DNA of 64,000 bases from Tubiluchus corallicola (GCA_030141605.1 JAQGDQ010000206.1:1-64000); one strand, 5' to 3'; positions 1 to 11,767 are shown, counted from the first letter of the stretch. Notes: generated from the letters alone by a model not told the origin. Numbers and translations: made by a program.

Positions 1-13
1 ATTCAAAATTGTA

Positions 14-820
14 TCTATTCTATTATATTAATATTCTTGGTATCTTAATATATATATATATAAGATTCGAGGCTACAGCTTCGACGAGGGCACCATTTGC
101 GGCGATCTATATATCAAACGAAAGGTCTCGATCTAGTGTCGTGCCATTGGGGGTTTATTTTTCGAATTGGGCCCACAGCGAGGAAGGGGAGGCGAAAAAC
201 CTCCAAAAATGGCCATTTTCGGCCGTTTTTTGCAAAAGTTATACAGCTGAGATGTAGAGAACGGGAACGGGCCGAGGGGGGTGCTGGGTATGGATAGATA
301 GCCCGTTCAGCGGTGGGTGTGGTAGGCATATCTAGAATTCCCGAGAGGGCCACGGGGTCCCGTAACGGGCGTTTTCGCGGACCCAACTCGCGACTTTTTC
401 GAAATTTTGACCAAACAGCCTGCGGTAAAAACGTTCTAGCGCCGCCCAGTGGGACTCTCGGAAGGAGATATATAGCTCCTTACAAAGAGGAAGGACAGGA
501 CTACACGATGATGTGGGTTATATTTTAGGGCAGGTCCACCGAGAGGAGTATCGACGAGTTAATTAGAGGTTCCATTTTCGGCAATTTTCGCTTAGAAAAC
601 TGCTGACGCAAAGGCATTGTTGTGACGTCATCCATTGTATTCTGTCTATAATCTTATAACTTTAATTCAGTAAAAGCTGCTACAGGCTTTGCGTTAGTTA
701 AACAAACTGTAGGCATGATGTTACAGGCTTTGCGTTATAAATGTGGACTAGGTAGGATGTTCGCGTGTTATTGATTATACGTGGTTTTTTACGCAAAATC
801 TTTTGCGGGGCCTTTGCTAG
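14..820 (+). mobile_element. Non-autonomous Helitron family A, copy 1
   Basis: 5' A|TCTATTCTATTATATTAAT; 3' hairpin CGCAAAA-TC-TTTTGCG (792-807) followed by CTAG|T; no TIR or TSD; five ~800-bp copies in the window. Confidence 0.8.
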
Positions 821-1633
821 TCTTATATATTAATATTCTTGGTATGGGCTTAATTTATTTATTTATATATATATATATATATAAGATTCGAGGCTACAGC
901 CCGGACGAGGGCACCATTTGCGGCGATCTATATATCAAACGAAAGGTCTCGATCTAGTGTCGTGCCATTGATGGTTTATTTTTCGAATGGGGCCCACCGG
1001 GAGGAACGGGGGGCGAAAAACCTCCAAAAATGGCCATTTTTCGGCCGTTTTTTGCAAAAGTTATACGGCTGAGATGTAGAGAACGGGAACGGGCCGAGGG
1101 TGGTGCTGGGCATGGATAGATAGCCCGTTCAGCGGTGGGTGTGGTAGGCATATCTAGAATTCCCGAGAGGGCCACGGCGTCCCGTAACGGGCGTTTTCCC
1201 GGACCCAACTCGCGACTTTTTCGAAATTTTGACCAAACAGCCTGCGGTAAAAACGTTCTAGCGCCGCCCAGTGGGACTCTCGGAAGGAGATATATAGCTC
1301 CTTACAAAGAGGAAGGACAGGACTACACGATGATGTGGGTTATATTTTAGGGCAGGTCCACCGAGAGGAGTATCGATGAGTTAATTAGAGGTTCCATTTT
1401 CGGCAATTTTCGCTTAGAAAACTGCTGACGCAAAGGCATTGTTGAGACGTCATCCATTGTATTCTGTCTATAATCTTATAGCTTTAATTCAGCAAAAAGC
1501 TGCTACAGGCAAAGTAAACAAACAGTAGACACGATGTTACGGGCTTTGTGTTATAAATGTGGACTAGGTAGGATGTTCGCGTATTATTGATTACACGTGT
1601 ATTTATACGCAATCTTTTGCGGGGCCTTTGCTA
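821..1633 (+). mobile_element. Helitron family A, copy 2 (head-to-tail with copy 1)
   Basis: Starts TCTTATATATTAATATTC directly after the CTAG of copy 1; same body; damaged hairpin and ends CTA(T). Confidence 0.78.
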
Positions 1634-2715
1634 TTTATTATATTATAGCACATAGTTTCAACTTTGTGAAAAATGTTTGGAATGGTTTTGTTGTAATGCT
1701 GTGCTGTTGGTGCTTGTGCTATAGGTGTTGTCATCGTTGCCACCATCATCATCATCATCATCAACATCATGATCACCACGTGAGGTGGTGGATTTGATGT
1801 GGTGTGGTGGTGGTGTGCTTTGTTTGTTGTGCTATGGATGGTGTGGTGGGGTGACAGGGTGTGTGGGGTGTGGTGTGGGTAGTGTGGTATGGAGTGGGTG
1901 GCGTGGTGTGTGGGTGGGTGGGTGTTGTGGTGCGGTGTGGTGTTATGGTGTGGTGCAGTGCGGTGTGATGTGGTGGAGTATTATGGTGTGGGTGGTGTGG
2001 TGTGTGGGTGGTGCGGTGTGGTGTGGTGCAGTGGTATGGTGTGGTGCAGTGTGGTGTGATGTGGTGGAGTCATATGGTGTGGTTGGTGTGGTGTGGTATG
2101 TGGGTCGTGCGGTGTGCTGCAGTGGTATGTTGTGGTGCGGTGTGGTGTGATGTGGTGGAGTGGTATGGAGTGGGTGGCGTGGTGTGTTCATGGGTGGGTG
2201 TTGGGTGGGTGTTGTGGTGCAGTGTGGTGTTATGGTGTGGTGCTGTGCGGTGTGATGTGGTGGAGTCGTATGGTGTGGGTGGTGTGGTGTGGTGTGTGGG
2301 TGGTGCGGTGTGCTGCAGCGGTATGGTGTGTAGGTGGGTGGGTGGTGTGGTGCAGTGTGGTGTTATGGTGTGGTGCTGTGTGGTGTTATGGTGTGGTGCT
2401 GTGCGGTGTGATGTGGTGGAGTATTATGGTGTGTGTGGTGTGGTGTGGTGTGTGGGTGGTGCAGTGGCATGGTGTGGTGCAGTGTGGTGTGATGTGGTGG
2501 AGTGGTGTGGTGTGTAGGTGGTATGGTGTGGTGTGGGTGGTGTGGTGTGTAGGTGGGTGGGAGGTGTGGTGCAGTGTGGTGTTATGGTGTGGTGCTGTGC
2601 GGTGTGGTGTGGTGGAGTGGTATGGTGTAGTGCAGTGTGGTGTGATGAGGTGGAGTGGTGTGGTGTGGGTTTTGTGTTGATTTGTGCACAAAATTCTTTT
2701 TGTGGGGTTTGGCTA

Positions 2716-2716
<1 letters not shown>
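1634..2716 (+). mobile_element. Helitron family B module with GT-rich (GTG/GTGTG) simple-repeat body, copy 1
   Basis: Starts TTTATTATATTATAG; ends with hairpin CACAAAA-TTCT-TTTTGTG (2687-2704) plus GGGTTTGGCTAG|T; repeated at 4121 and 6581. Confidence 0.7.

Positions 2717-2780
<64 letters not shown>
2717..2780. repeat. (ATT)n microsatellite
   Basis: About 21 perfect ATT units. Confidence 0.95.
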
Positions 2781-2781
<1 letters not shown>

Positions 2782-3285
2782 CCACTTCTTAGCTTTGCAA
2801 GTACAGACCTGTATTTTCCTTGCATATTAATATAAACATATGGTTCTACTCCAAAGCTGTTCTTATACAATATATATGTTCTAAGTTTAGGGTAATCTGC
2901 ATTTTTTGCTTTCCAATCAACACATTGTTTCTCATACAGCTGTGCCCATGCTCTGCTAAGAGGTACAGTATCCATATTAACAAAAGCTTGCTGGAACCCT
3001 GCTTCCTCTAGAACTTTAGAAATTTCATATGACCAACCAACGTTGGTATTACGGTCCCAAAGAAATATTCTCTTAACAAGTCTAGAATTATCAAGTGTTA
3101 AAAGACGATTCCAATACCTTATCATAGATGACTTTCTTCTAACTGAAGATGGTGACCATCCCATATCACCCTGTATACATTGATTAGCAGCAAAATTATG
3201 AACACCAAGAAATATTCTTAATGCCTTATTCTGGACAGTATCAATTTTAGGGTACTTGTTATATCCCCATACTTCTGAACCATAA
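2781..3285 (-). mobile_element. Non-LTR retrotransposon ORF2 C-terminal fragment (RTE-X/CR1-group-like)
   Basis: Open frame YGSEVWG..QNKALRIFLG..GDMGW..YWNRL..KLRTY..K..EPY..RSVLAKLRSG, typical of the region downstream of the LINE RT domain. Confidence 0.75.
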
Positions 3286-3302
3286 TATATTATATTATAT
3301 CA

Positions 3303-4120
3303 TCCCTTATATTAATATTCTTGGTATATATATTTATTTATATATTTATTTATATATAAGATTCGAGGCTACAGCCCGGACGAGGGCACCATTTGCGGCG
3401 ATCTATATATCAAACGAAAGGTCTCGATCTAGTGTCGTCTCATTGGGGGTTTATTTTTCGAATTGGGCCCACCGGGAGGAACGGGGGGCGAAAAACCCCC
3501 CAAAATAGCCCTTTTTCGGGCGTTTTTTGCAAAAGTTATACGGCTGAGATGTAGAGAACGGGAACGGGCCGAGGGGGGTGCGGGGTATGGATAGATAGCC
3601 CGTTCAGCGGTGGGTGTCATAGGCCTATTTAGAATTCCCAAGAGGGCCACGGGGTCCCGTAACGGGCGTTTTCGCGGACCCAACTCGCGATTTTTTCGAA
3701 ATTTTGATCAAACAGCCTGCGGGAAAAACGTTCTAGCGGCGCCCGGTGGGACTCTAGGAAGGAGATATGGGGTTCTTTACAAAGAGGAAGGACAGGGCTA
3801 CACGATGATGTGGGCTATATTTTAGGGCAGGTCCACCGAGAGGAGTATCAACGAGTTAGTTAGGAGTTCTATTTTCGGCAATTTTCACTTAGAAAACTGC
3901 TGACGCAAAGGCATTGTTGTGACGTCATCCATTGTACTCTGTCTATAATCTTATAACTTTAATTCAGCAAAAAGCTGCCTGCTACGGGTTTGCGTTAGTT
4001 AAACAAACAGTAGGCATGATGTTACGGGCTTTGCGTTATACATGAGGACTAGGTAGGATGTTCGCGTATTATTGATTACACGTGTATTTATACGCAAAAT
4101 CTTTTGCGGGGCGTTTGCTA
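3303..4120 (+). mobile_element. Helitron family A, copy 3
   Basis: A|TCCCTTATATTAAT start; hairpin CGCAAAATCTTTTGCG; ends CTA(T). Confidence 0.78.
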
Positions 4121-4958
4121 TTTATTATATTATAGCACATAGTTTCAACTTTGTGAAAAATGTTTGGAATGGTTTTGTTGTAATGCTGTGCTGTTGGTGC
4201 TTGTGCTATAGGTGTCGTCATCGTTGCCACCATCATCATCATCATCAACATCATGATCACCACGTGAGGTGGTGGATTTGATGTGGTGTGGTGGTGGTGT
4301 GCTTTGTGTGTTGTGCTATGGATGGTGTGGTGGGGTGATAGGGTGTGTGGGGTGTGGTGTGGAGTGGGTGGCGTGGTGTGTGGGTGGGTGGGTGTTGTGG
4401 TGCAGTGTGTTGTTATGGTGTGGTGCAGTGCGGTGTGATGTGATGTGGTGGAGTATTATGGTGTGGGTGGTGTGGTGTGTGGGTGGGTGGTGCGATGTGG
4501 TGTGGTGCAGTGATATGGTGTGGTGCAGTGTGGTGTGATGTGGTGGAGTCGTATGGTGTGGGTGGTGTGGTGTGGTGTGTGGGTGGTGCGGTGTGCTGCA
4601 GTGGTATGGTGTGGTGTGGTGTGGTGTGATGTGGTGGAATGGTATGGTGTGGGTGGTGTGGTGTGGTGCAGTGTGGTGTGCGGTGTGATGTGGTGGAGTA
4701 TTATGGTGTGGGTGGTGTGGTGTGCTGTGTGGGTGGTGCAGTGGTATGGTGTGGTGCAGTGTGGTGTGATATGGTGGAGTGGTATGGTGTGGGTGGTGTG
4801 GTGTGGTGCAGTGCGGTGTGGTGGTATTGTGTGGTGCAGTGTGGTGCGACGAGGTGGAGTGGTATAGTGTGGTGCAGTGTGGTGTGATGAGGTGGAGTGG
4901 TGTGGTGTGGGTTGTGTGTTGATTTGTGCACAAAATTCTTTTTGTGGGGTTTGGCTAG
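4121..4958 (+). mobile_element. Helitron family B module, copy 2
   Basis: Same start and same hairpin plus CTAG end as 1634-2716. Confidence 0.7.
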
Positions 4959-5763
4959 TCTCTTTTATTAATATTCTTGGTATCTTAATATATATATAAG
5001 ATTCGAGGCTACAGCTCGGACGACGGCACCATTTGCGGCGATTTATATATCAAACGAAAGGTCTCGATCTAGTGTCGTGCCATTGATGGTTTATTTTTCG
5101 AATCGGGCCCACCGGGAGAAACGGGGGGCGAAAAACCTCCAAAAATGGCCGTTTTTCGGCCGTTTTTTGCAAAAAATTGCAAAAGTTATACGGCTGAGAT
5201 GTAGAGAACGGGAATGGGCCGAGGGTGTTCCTGAGTATGGATAGATAGCCCGTTCAGCGGTGGGTGTAGTAGGCATATTTAGAATTCCCGAGAGGGCCAG
5301 GGCGCCCCGCAACGGGCGTTTTCCCGGACCCAACTCGCGACTTTTTCGAAATTTTGACCAAACAGCCTGCGGGAAAAACGTTCTAGCGTCGACCGGTGGG
5401 ACTCTAGGAAGGAGATATGGGGCTCTTTACAAAGAGGAAGGACAGGGCTACACGATGATGTGGGCTATATGTTAGGGCAGGTCCACCTAGAGAAGTACCG
5501 ACGAGTTAATTAGAGGTTCTATTTTCGGCAATTTTCGCTTAGAAAACTACTGACGCAATGCCATTGTTGTGACGTCATCCATTGTACTCTGTCTATAAGC
5601 TTATAGCTTTAATTCAGTAAAAGCTACAGGCTTTGCGTTAGTTAAACAAACAGTAGGCACGATGTGAAGGGCTTCGTGTTATAAATGAGGACTAGGTAGG
5701 ATGTTCGCGTATTATTGATTACACGTGGTTTTTTACGCAAAATCTTTTGCTGGGCCTTTGCTA
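4959..5763 (+). mobile_element. Helitron family A, copy 4
   Basis: TCTCTTTTATTAATATTC start directly after CTAG; homologous body. Confidence 0.78.
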
Positions 5764-6580
5764 TCTACTATTATATTAATATTCTTGGTATATATATATA
5801 TATATTTATTTATATATAAGATTCGAGGCTACAGACCGGACGAGGGCACCATTTGCGACGATCTATATATCAAACGAAAGGTCTCCATCTAGTGTCGTGC
5901 CACTGATGGTTTATTTGTCGAATTGGGCCCACCGCGAGGAAGGGGAGGCGAAAAACCTCCAAAAATGGCCATTTTTCGGCCGTTTTTTGCAAAAGTTATA
6001 CGGCTGAGATGTAGAGAACGGGAACGGGCCGAGGGGGGTGCTGGGTATGGATAGATAGCCCGTTCAGCGGTGGGTGTCATAGGCCTATTTAGAATTCCCA
6101 AGAGGGCCACGGGGTCCCGTAACGGGCGTTTTCGCGGACCCAACTCGCGATTTTTTCGAAATTTTGATCAAACAGCCTGCGGGAAAAACGTTCTAGCGGC
6201 GCCCGGTGGGACTCTCGGAAGGAGATATGGAGCTCTTTACAAAGAGAAAGAACGGGGCTACACGATGATGTGGGCTATATGTTAGGGCAGGTCCACCGAG
6301 AGGAGTATTGGCGAGTTAATTGGGAGTTCCATTTTCGGCAATTTCCGCTTAGAAAGCTGCTGACGCAATGCCATTGTTGTGACGTCATCCATTGTATTCT
6401 GTCTGTAATCTTATAGCTTTAATTCAGCAAAAAGCTGCCTGCTACGGGTTTGCGTTAGTTAAACAAACAGTAGGCATGATGTTACGGGCTTTGCGTTATA
6501 CATGAGGACTAGGTAGGATGTTCGCGTATTATTGATTACACGTGTATTTATACGCAAAATCTTTTGCGGGGCGTTTGCTA
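5764..6580 (+). mobile_element. Helitron family A, copy 5
   Basis: A|TCTACTATTATATTAAT start; hairpin; ends CTA(T). Confidence 0.78.
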
Positions 6581-7282
6581 TTTATTATATTATAGCACAT
6601 AGTTTCAACTTTGTGAAAAATGTTTGGAATGGTTTTGTTGTAATGCTGTGCTGTTGATGCTTGTGCTATAGGTGTCGTCATCGTTGCCACCATCATCATC
6701 ATCATCATCAACATCATGATCACCACGTGAGGTGGTGGATTTGATGTGGTGTGGTGGTGGTGTGCTTTGTGTGTTGTGCTATGGATGGTGTGGTGGGGTG
6801 ATAGGGTGTGTGGGGTGTGGTGTGGAGTGGGTGGCGTGGTGTGTGGGTGGGTGGGTGTTGTGGTGCAGTGTGTTGTTATGGTGTGGTGCAGTGCGGTGTG
6901 ATGTGATGTGGTGGAGTATTATGGTGTGGGTGGTGTGGTGTGTGGGTGGGTGGTGCGATGTGGTGTGGTGCAGTGATATGGTGTGGTGCAGTGTGGTGTG
7001 ATGTGGTGGAGTCGTATGGTGTGGGTGGTGTGGTGTGGTGTGTGGGTGGTGCGGTGTGCTGCAGTGGTATGGTGTGGTGTGGTGTGATGTGGTGGAATGG
7101 TATGGTGTGGGTGGTGTGGTGTGGTGCAGTGTGGTGTGCGGTGTGATGTGATGTGGTGGAGTATTATGGTGTGGGTGGTGTGGTGTGCTGTGTGGGTGGT
7201 GCAGTGGTATGGTGTGGTGCAGTGTGGTGTGATATGGTGGAGTGGTATGGTGTGGGTGGTGTGGTGTGTAGGTGGTATGGTG
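6581..7282 (+). mobile_element. Helitron family B module, copy 3 (3' truncated)
   Basis: Same start as the other B copies; GT-rich body ends without hairpin or CTAG. Confidence 0.65.
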
Positions 7283-7533
7283 ACCTTTGTAGTTCCAAAC
7301 TTCCAGTATAAGTAGATCTTCCATTTCAGTATACAAAATATCACATTTTGAAATTCAAGCAAACACTGTCTTGAAGTAAAAGTATATAAAAGAGATGCTT
7401 GATTTTATGAACTAGTCAACTTACTCAAATATTTGATAGGCCAATAGTAGACTAATTTCAAATTTAGTGTTACATTAACAAATTTAATTCTTAAAATTTC
7501 AAATTTAATTGTTAAGCATCTCGATAAGCATGT

Positions 7534-8138
7534 TTGTACTGTATAACAATTTGTATTTTAACTGGTTAAGCAATATATTTAAAAATCACGTTGAAAACAC
7601 CAGTTCTTGTCTGATCACCGAAGTTAAGCAACGTAGAGCCTGGTTAGTACTTGGATGAGTGACTGCCTAGGAATACCAGGTGCTGTAGGCTTACGGGATG
7701 CCCACACTTTATCTCGACACTAGGCGGAGGAGCTGCACAAGCAGCCAGCGGCTAGAGGGCGGAGGAGGTCAAGTGACCCAACAGCCATGTGTAGAGGAGT
7801 AAACCTTCCAAATCAGGAGTGGAGCCCCGAAGGCGGACTAGTGCATCATGCCCACTGACTCCGGCAGCTAGCTCCTGCAGCCAACCTGGTGCCAAACGTA
7901 TCGCTCCACTTTCCTTTGAACTACACCAGCGAGGAAAAGAGGGGGTTCCTGTTGTCTGGGCAACTCAGGATCTCCATACACCTTGCCCAGGCGTGCGCCC
8001 TGGAGAGGCCACTCCAGTGGTTCAAGGATCGCACTGCTCAGCCACAGTCGACGCTGCAGCGCCATCAATGTGATCAATAACTGACTCTCTTGGCGCACAC
8101 TCCATTGTCTTCCGAGACAGAAGGATGCCAACAACAAT
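7534..8138 (+). mobile_element. 5S rRNA-derived SINE (SINE3-like), copy 1
   Basis: 7585-7692 is 5S rRNA-like (GATCACCGAAGTTAAGC..GGTTAGTACTTGGATG..GGAATACCAGGTGCTGTAGGCTT) lacking the first ~12 nt and the oligo-T terminator; followed by a ~440-bp body and (CAA)n-like tail; second copy at 44559-45147 (-). Confidence 0.8.
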
Positions 8139-8529
8139 AAAATTTTTGCATAATGCTGTTGTTGTGTTCGTACATTGTAACTTCCATTCAGATTGTATGG
8201 TGTGAAATCGTAAATTAACAATGTCAACTTTTGAACTGCAGTTTTGAGAAAGAACGGTTTTCGTTTATTATTCCATTCACTTCGATAGAGAAAATAATTT
8301 TGTTTCCTAGTCCAAAGTGCAATGACAACAAAGTTATGTTTCACTTTATGCCAAATTTCAGAGGCACCACAGCTCTCTCCATTTTGCCACCTTCCTCTGT
8401 TCTGTGTCTCATCCTTTTTCTAATGCCTGAACTGTTTTAATACCGGTTACTACGCATTATTACACTAAAGATGTAAACACAGATGAATATACTCTAGATT
8501 CGAAGAAGATAGATGAAGATACGAACAAG

Positions 8530-9042
8530 AGGACAAGGTGGCGCCTGTGTATGGCGACTTGGTTTCACCTGCTCTTATCTTCTTCAGTCTTTTATCATTA
8601 ATTATTATTAATTCATCAGTTACGTACACTTATGATAAAGAGGATCTGTTTTGCTTCAAAAATTGTAGGAATTCAATGGCATATTTGTATGAAACTAGGG
8701 TGGTAAAGAGAGTGCAAGTTATCATGAAAGTTGAATTCCATCCAGCTAATAAATATTTTGAAATGCTCGCCTCTGGTCACAGGTACCGCTCAATTAATGA
8801 TAAAACCACAAGAACTTTAAATTCTTTCTATCCCGCTGCAATTCGCACCATCGACAGTAAATTTCAGTAAATCTCCAATATTAATTCTCTATCTCGCCGT
8901 ACAACTGATTGAATTATTTGTGTTAATCTCCTTGTTGTTTCCATAAGTTATTGCAGTACGTAAAACCACGTAAATTTCATTGTATGTATTAGTGATTAGT
9001 GTTATGCAACAGTGACAATAAATTGCTTGTTTACTTACTTAT
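8530..9042 (+). mobile_element. Internally deleted Rex1/Babar-like LINE derivative
   Basis: Translation HPANKYFEMLASGHRYRSI..KTTRTLNSFYPAAIR resembles the Rex1/Babar ORF2 C-terminus; AATAAA plus (ACTT)n tail; CAAGGTGGCGCC 5' motif. Confidence 0.6.
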
Positions 9043-9713
9043 TGTGACGTTTCACAATGGTCAAACCTGATGCAATACTTAGCGGAAATAGCGGAATCGT
9101 ATCCTACAGAGAATAAAGCTTAAATACAAAACCGAAACATACAAGATTGACCATTAAAAATCAATAACTCTTTAACTACATGTCCTGCTTTCCTCATCTG
9201 CAAATTTCTGCGTTAGTAACTAATACTACAGCTATGTCACGTATTATTTATCTAGCTAAGTTTATTTTTAGATACCCCTTGTGCGTAATAGTTGTTTATC
9301 CCACGTGAACGTGATTTGTGATCGTGTTTTAGGTATCGAACTGTACGGGAAGACTGGTTCGTATCAGTAATTACGAATCTGGATGCTTTTTTGCAAAAGC
9401 ATGGCTTCTCTTTGATAATTTTTGTAAACTAAATTCACTTATTTTTTGCACAGACGATACTAATTGAATTTTTTTTCACTAGTGCTTCAGCCGGGCACTA
9501 ACAAAGTTTTAGTTAGAACTTTGCTTCTCTTGCTGCTGGTGTTTAAATTGCATATAAGAGACATAATAATATTTTTGCATTGTACATATTCAACTGCTTA
9601 ATTAATTTAGTTACATTATAAATGCTGTTTGGTGCATTATTAACTAATTTTTAATAATGATTTTAAAACAATGTTATGCATTTGTAAATTGCGGATGGTG
9701 ATGATGTTTACGC

Positions 9714-10196
9714 CGAAGGTGTGCAAATGATTTGACTAGCCGGGCCACATTAAACTTTCCCGCAATTCCTGCGGGCCACAGGCAGTTTGATGAAGGTGCC
9801 AAGTACAGAAGGGCCTAATAACGATTTTTTTTGCATCCGACCTGCGTACATCATTAGTACTACACTCAAGAAACTACATTAGAAGTTATTAAAATTTATA
9901 TTACAAACCATATATTTCTACTTTCAGGACAGATAGTGGTAATTTCATTACAATGCATAGTAGTAATGTGTATCACACAGTCTGTGTAGTACAGTGACAA
10001 TAAGCTACAACCGTCTTGTAAGGGTTAGTGGCATCCGATCTAGTAGAAAAAACTACACGCACTGTCTTTGGGATTGTGGCACGGACTTCAGCTGGATACA
10101 CTCAATTAATCGCCTGGGCCGCACTTTCATTAGATTGACAAATCTCTTTGCAGGCCGCACAAATTCTCTCGGCGGGCCGCAATTTACACACCCCTG
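9714..10196 (+). mobile_element. hAT (Charlie-like) MITE
   Basis: Degenerate CAGGGGTGTGCAAAT TIRs; 8-bp TSD GTTTACGC; GCGGGCCAC/GCGGGCCGC subterminal motifs; same family at 39155 and 54692. Confidence 0.85.
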
Positions 10197-10617
10197 GTTT
10201 ACGCCTTTTTATGTATTAATTATTTTCATTTTAAGCATATCAGACTGAGGTTTTGTACTATTTTTTCTGCATCGTATTTTTCTAATTTAGGGTTAAGTTG
10301 CATGCGTGGCAAAGTGGAAATTTTTCTGATTTTTTCTCCAGAAAATACTAGTGCTTCCGCGTTTAAAAATTTCATGTTTTGTCACTAACGAAGTTTCGTG
10401 AAATACAGATTATACGTGTAGTTGAAAATCCGTGCTGTTTATGAGTTGCTAAGATTCTTTTCAAGGAAACCAGACTCAGTGAATAGAAAAGTGATATCTG
10501 TTCAGATGTTGTAAAGAGGCTAAACTTTTCTCCCAAATGAAAGAGCATGTAACTTGCTGAGGGGAAACCTCATGTAGTTATTTTAGAAGTTCTTTCCACT
10601 ATCATTTGCAAAATCGG

Positions 10618-11456
10618 AATATGCATTTCCAAATGAGCGGAACGTTGTGTGTGCATTGTAAATCTTGGGTTTGCAATCAGGGTAGTCTTAACACACGGCA
10701 TGCAGTACAGCTACAACATGCATTTCCAAATGAGCGGAACGTTGTGTGTGCATTGTAAATCTTGGGTTTACAATCAGAGCAGTCTTAACACACGGCGCGC
10801 AGTACAGCTACAATATGCATTTCCAAATGAGCGGAACGTTGTGTGTGCATTGTAAATCTTGGGTTTGCAATCAGAGCAGTCTTAACACACGGCATGCAGT
10901 ACAGCTACAATATGCATTTCCAAATGAGCGGAACGTTGTGTGTGCATTGTAAATCCTGGGTTTACAATCAGGGTAGTCTTAACAGACGGCACGCAGTACA
11001 GCTACAACATGCATTTCCAAATGAGCGGAACGTTGTGTGTGCATTGTAAATCTTGGGTTTACAATCAGAGCAGTCTTAACACACGGCGCGCAGTACAGCT
11101 ACAATATGCATTTCCAAATGAGCGGAACATTGTGTGTGCATTGTAAATCTTGGGTTTGCAATCAGAGCAGTCTTAACACACGGCATGCAGTACAGCTACA
11201 ACATGCATTTCCAAATGAGCGGAACGTTGTGTGTGCATTGTAAATCTTGGGTTTACAATCAGAGCAGTCTTAACACACGGCATGCAGTACAGCTACAATA
11301 TGCATTTCCAAATGAGCGGAACGTTGTGTGTGCATTGTAAATCCTGGGTTTACAATCAGGGTAGTCTTAACAGACGGCACGCAGTACAGCTACAATATGC
11401 ATTTCCAAATGAGCGGAACATTGTGGGTGCATTGTAAATCTTGGGTTTGCAATCAG
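10618..11456. repeat. 97-bp tandem repeat (~8.6 copies)
   Basis: Near-identical units; ORF track repeats at 97-bp offsets. Confidence 0.95.
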
Positions 11457-11767
11457 GCAATCTTTGCACATGCCCAGGCAGAGCAGTTACCTCAGGGGCC
11501 CCACGAGCATGGGGACCCATTGTTAATCCATGTACATTGTTTTCAAGATTAATGTTACATTGTGCAAACGTCTGTGTTGATTCATCTTTGCTGTACAGCA
11601 TATTTTTTAATGTTTAAACACTTATTTTGTTCAAAGTACCAGTACAATAAATATATGTTTAATTTTATCGACTATTTACATTTTTATTCCTGTGAGTGGT
11701 TGTGTAGGTAAGGGTCCCCAGTGCACTGCTTTGTCCGGGGACCTATAACGCTGTTAAGACGGCCCTG
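11454..11767 (+). mobile_element. hAT (Tip100-like) MITE
   Basis: Right TIR GTTAAGACGGCCCTG matches the CAGGGTAGTCTTAAC motif in the adjacent repeat units; flanks TTTRCAAT / TTTACGAT form an approximate 8-bp TSD. Confidence 0.6.

Noticed and set aside
313-528. 71-aa ORF open in all five Helitron A copies
   Set aside because: GTG start, no recognisable domain, and many amino-acid differences between copies; explained by repeat similarity
1597-7362. Cys/Trp/Val/Gly-rich and His/Thr/Pro-rich ORFs
   Set aside because: Translations of the GT-rich simple repeat, open in several frames on both strands
7585-7692. Functional 5S rRNA gene
   Set aside because: Lacks the 5' end and oligo-T terminator, has substitutions, and is fused to the same repeat body in two dispersed copies
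9333-9424. Candidate upstream SUCLA2 exon after a TTTTAG acceptor
   Set aside because: No frame gives the conserved LHEY/VP motifs and the donor is weak
10649-11552. Series of 68-aa ORFs
   Set aside because: Artefact of the 97-bp tandem repeat
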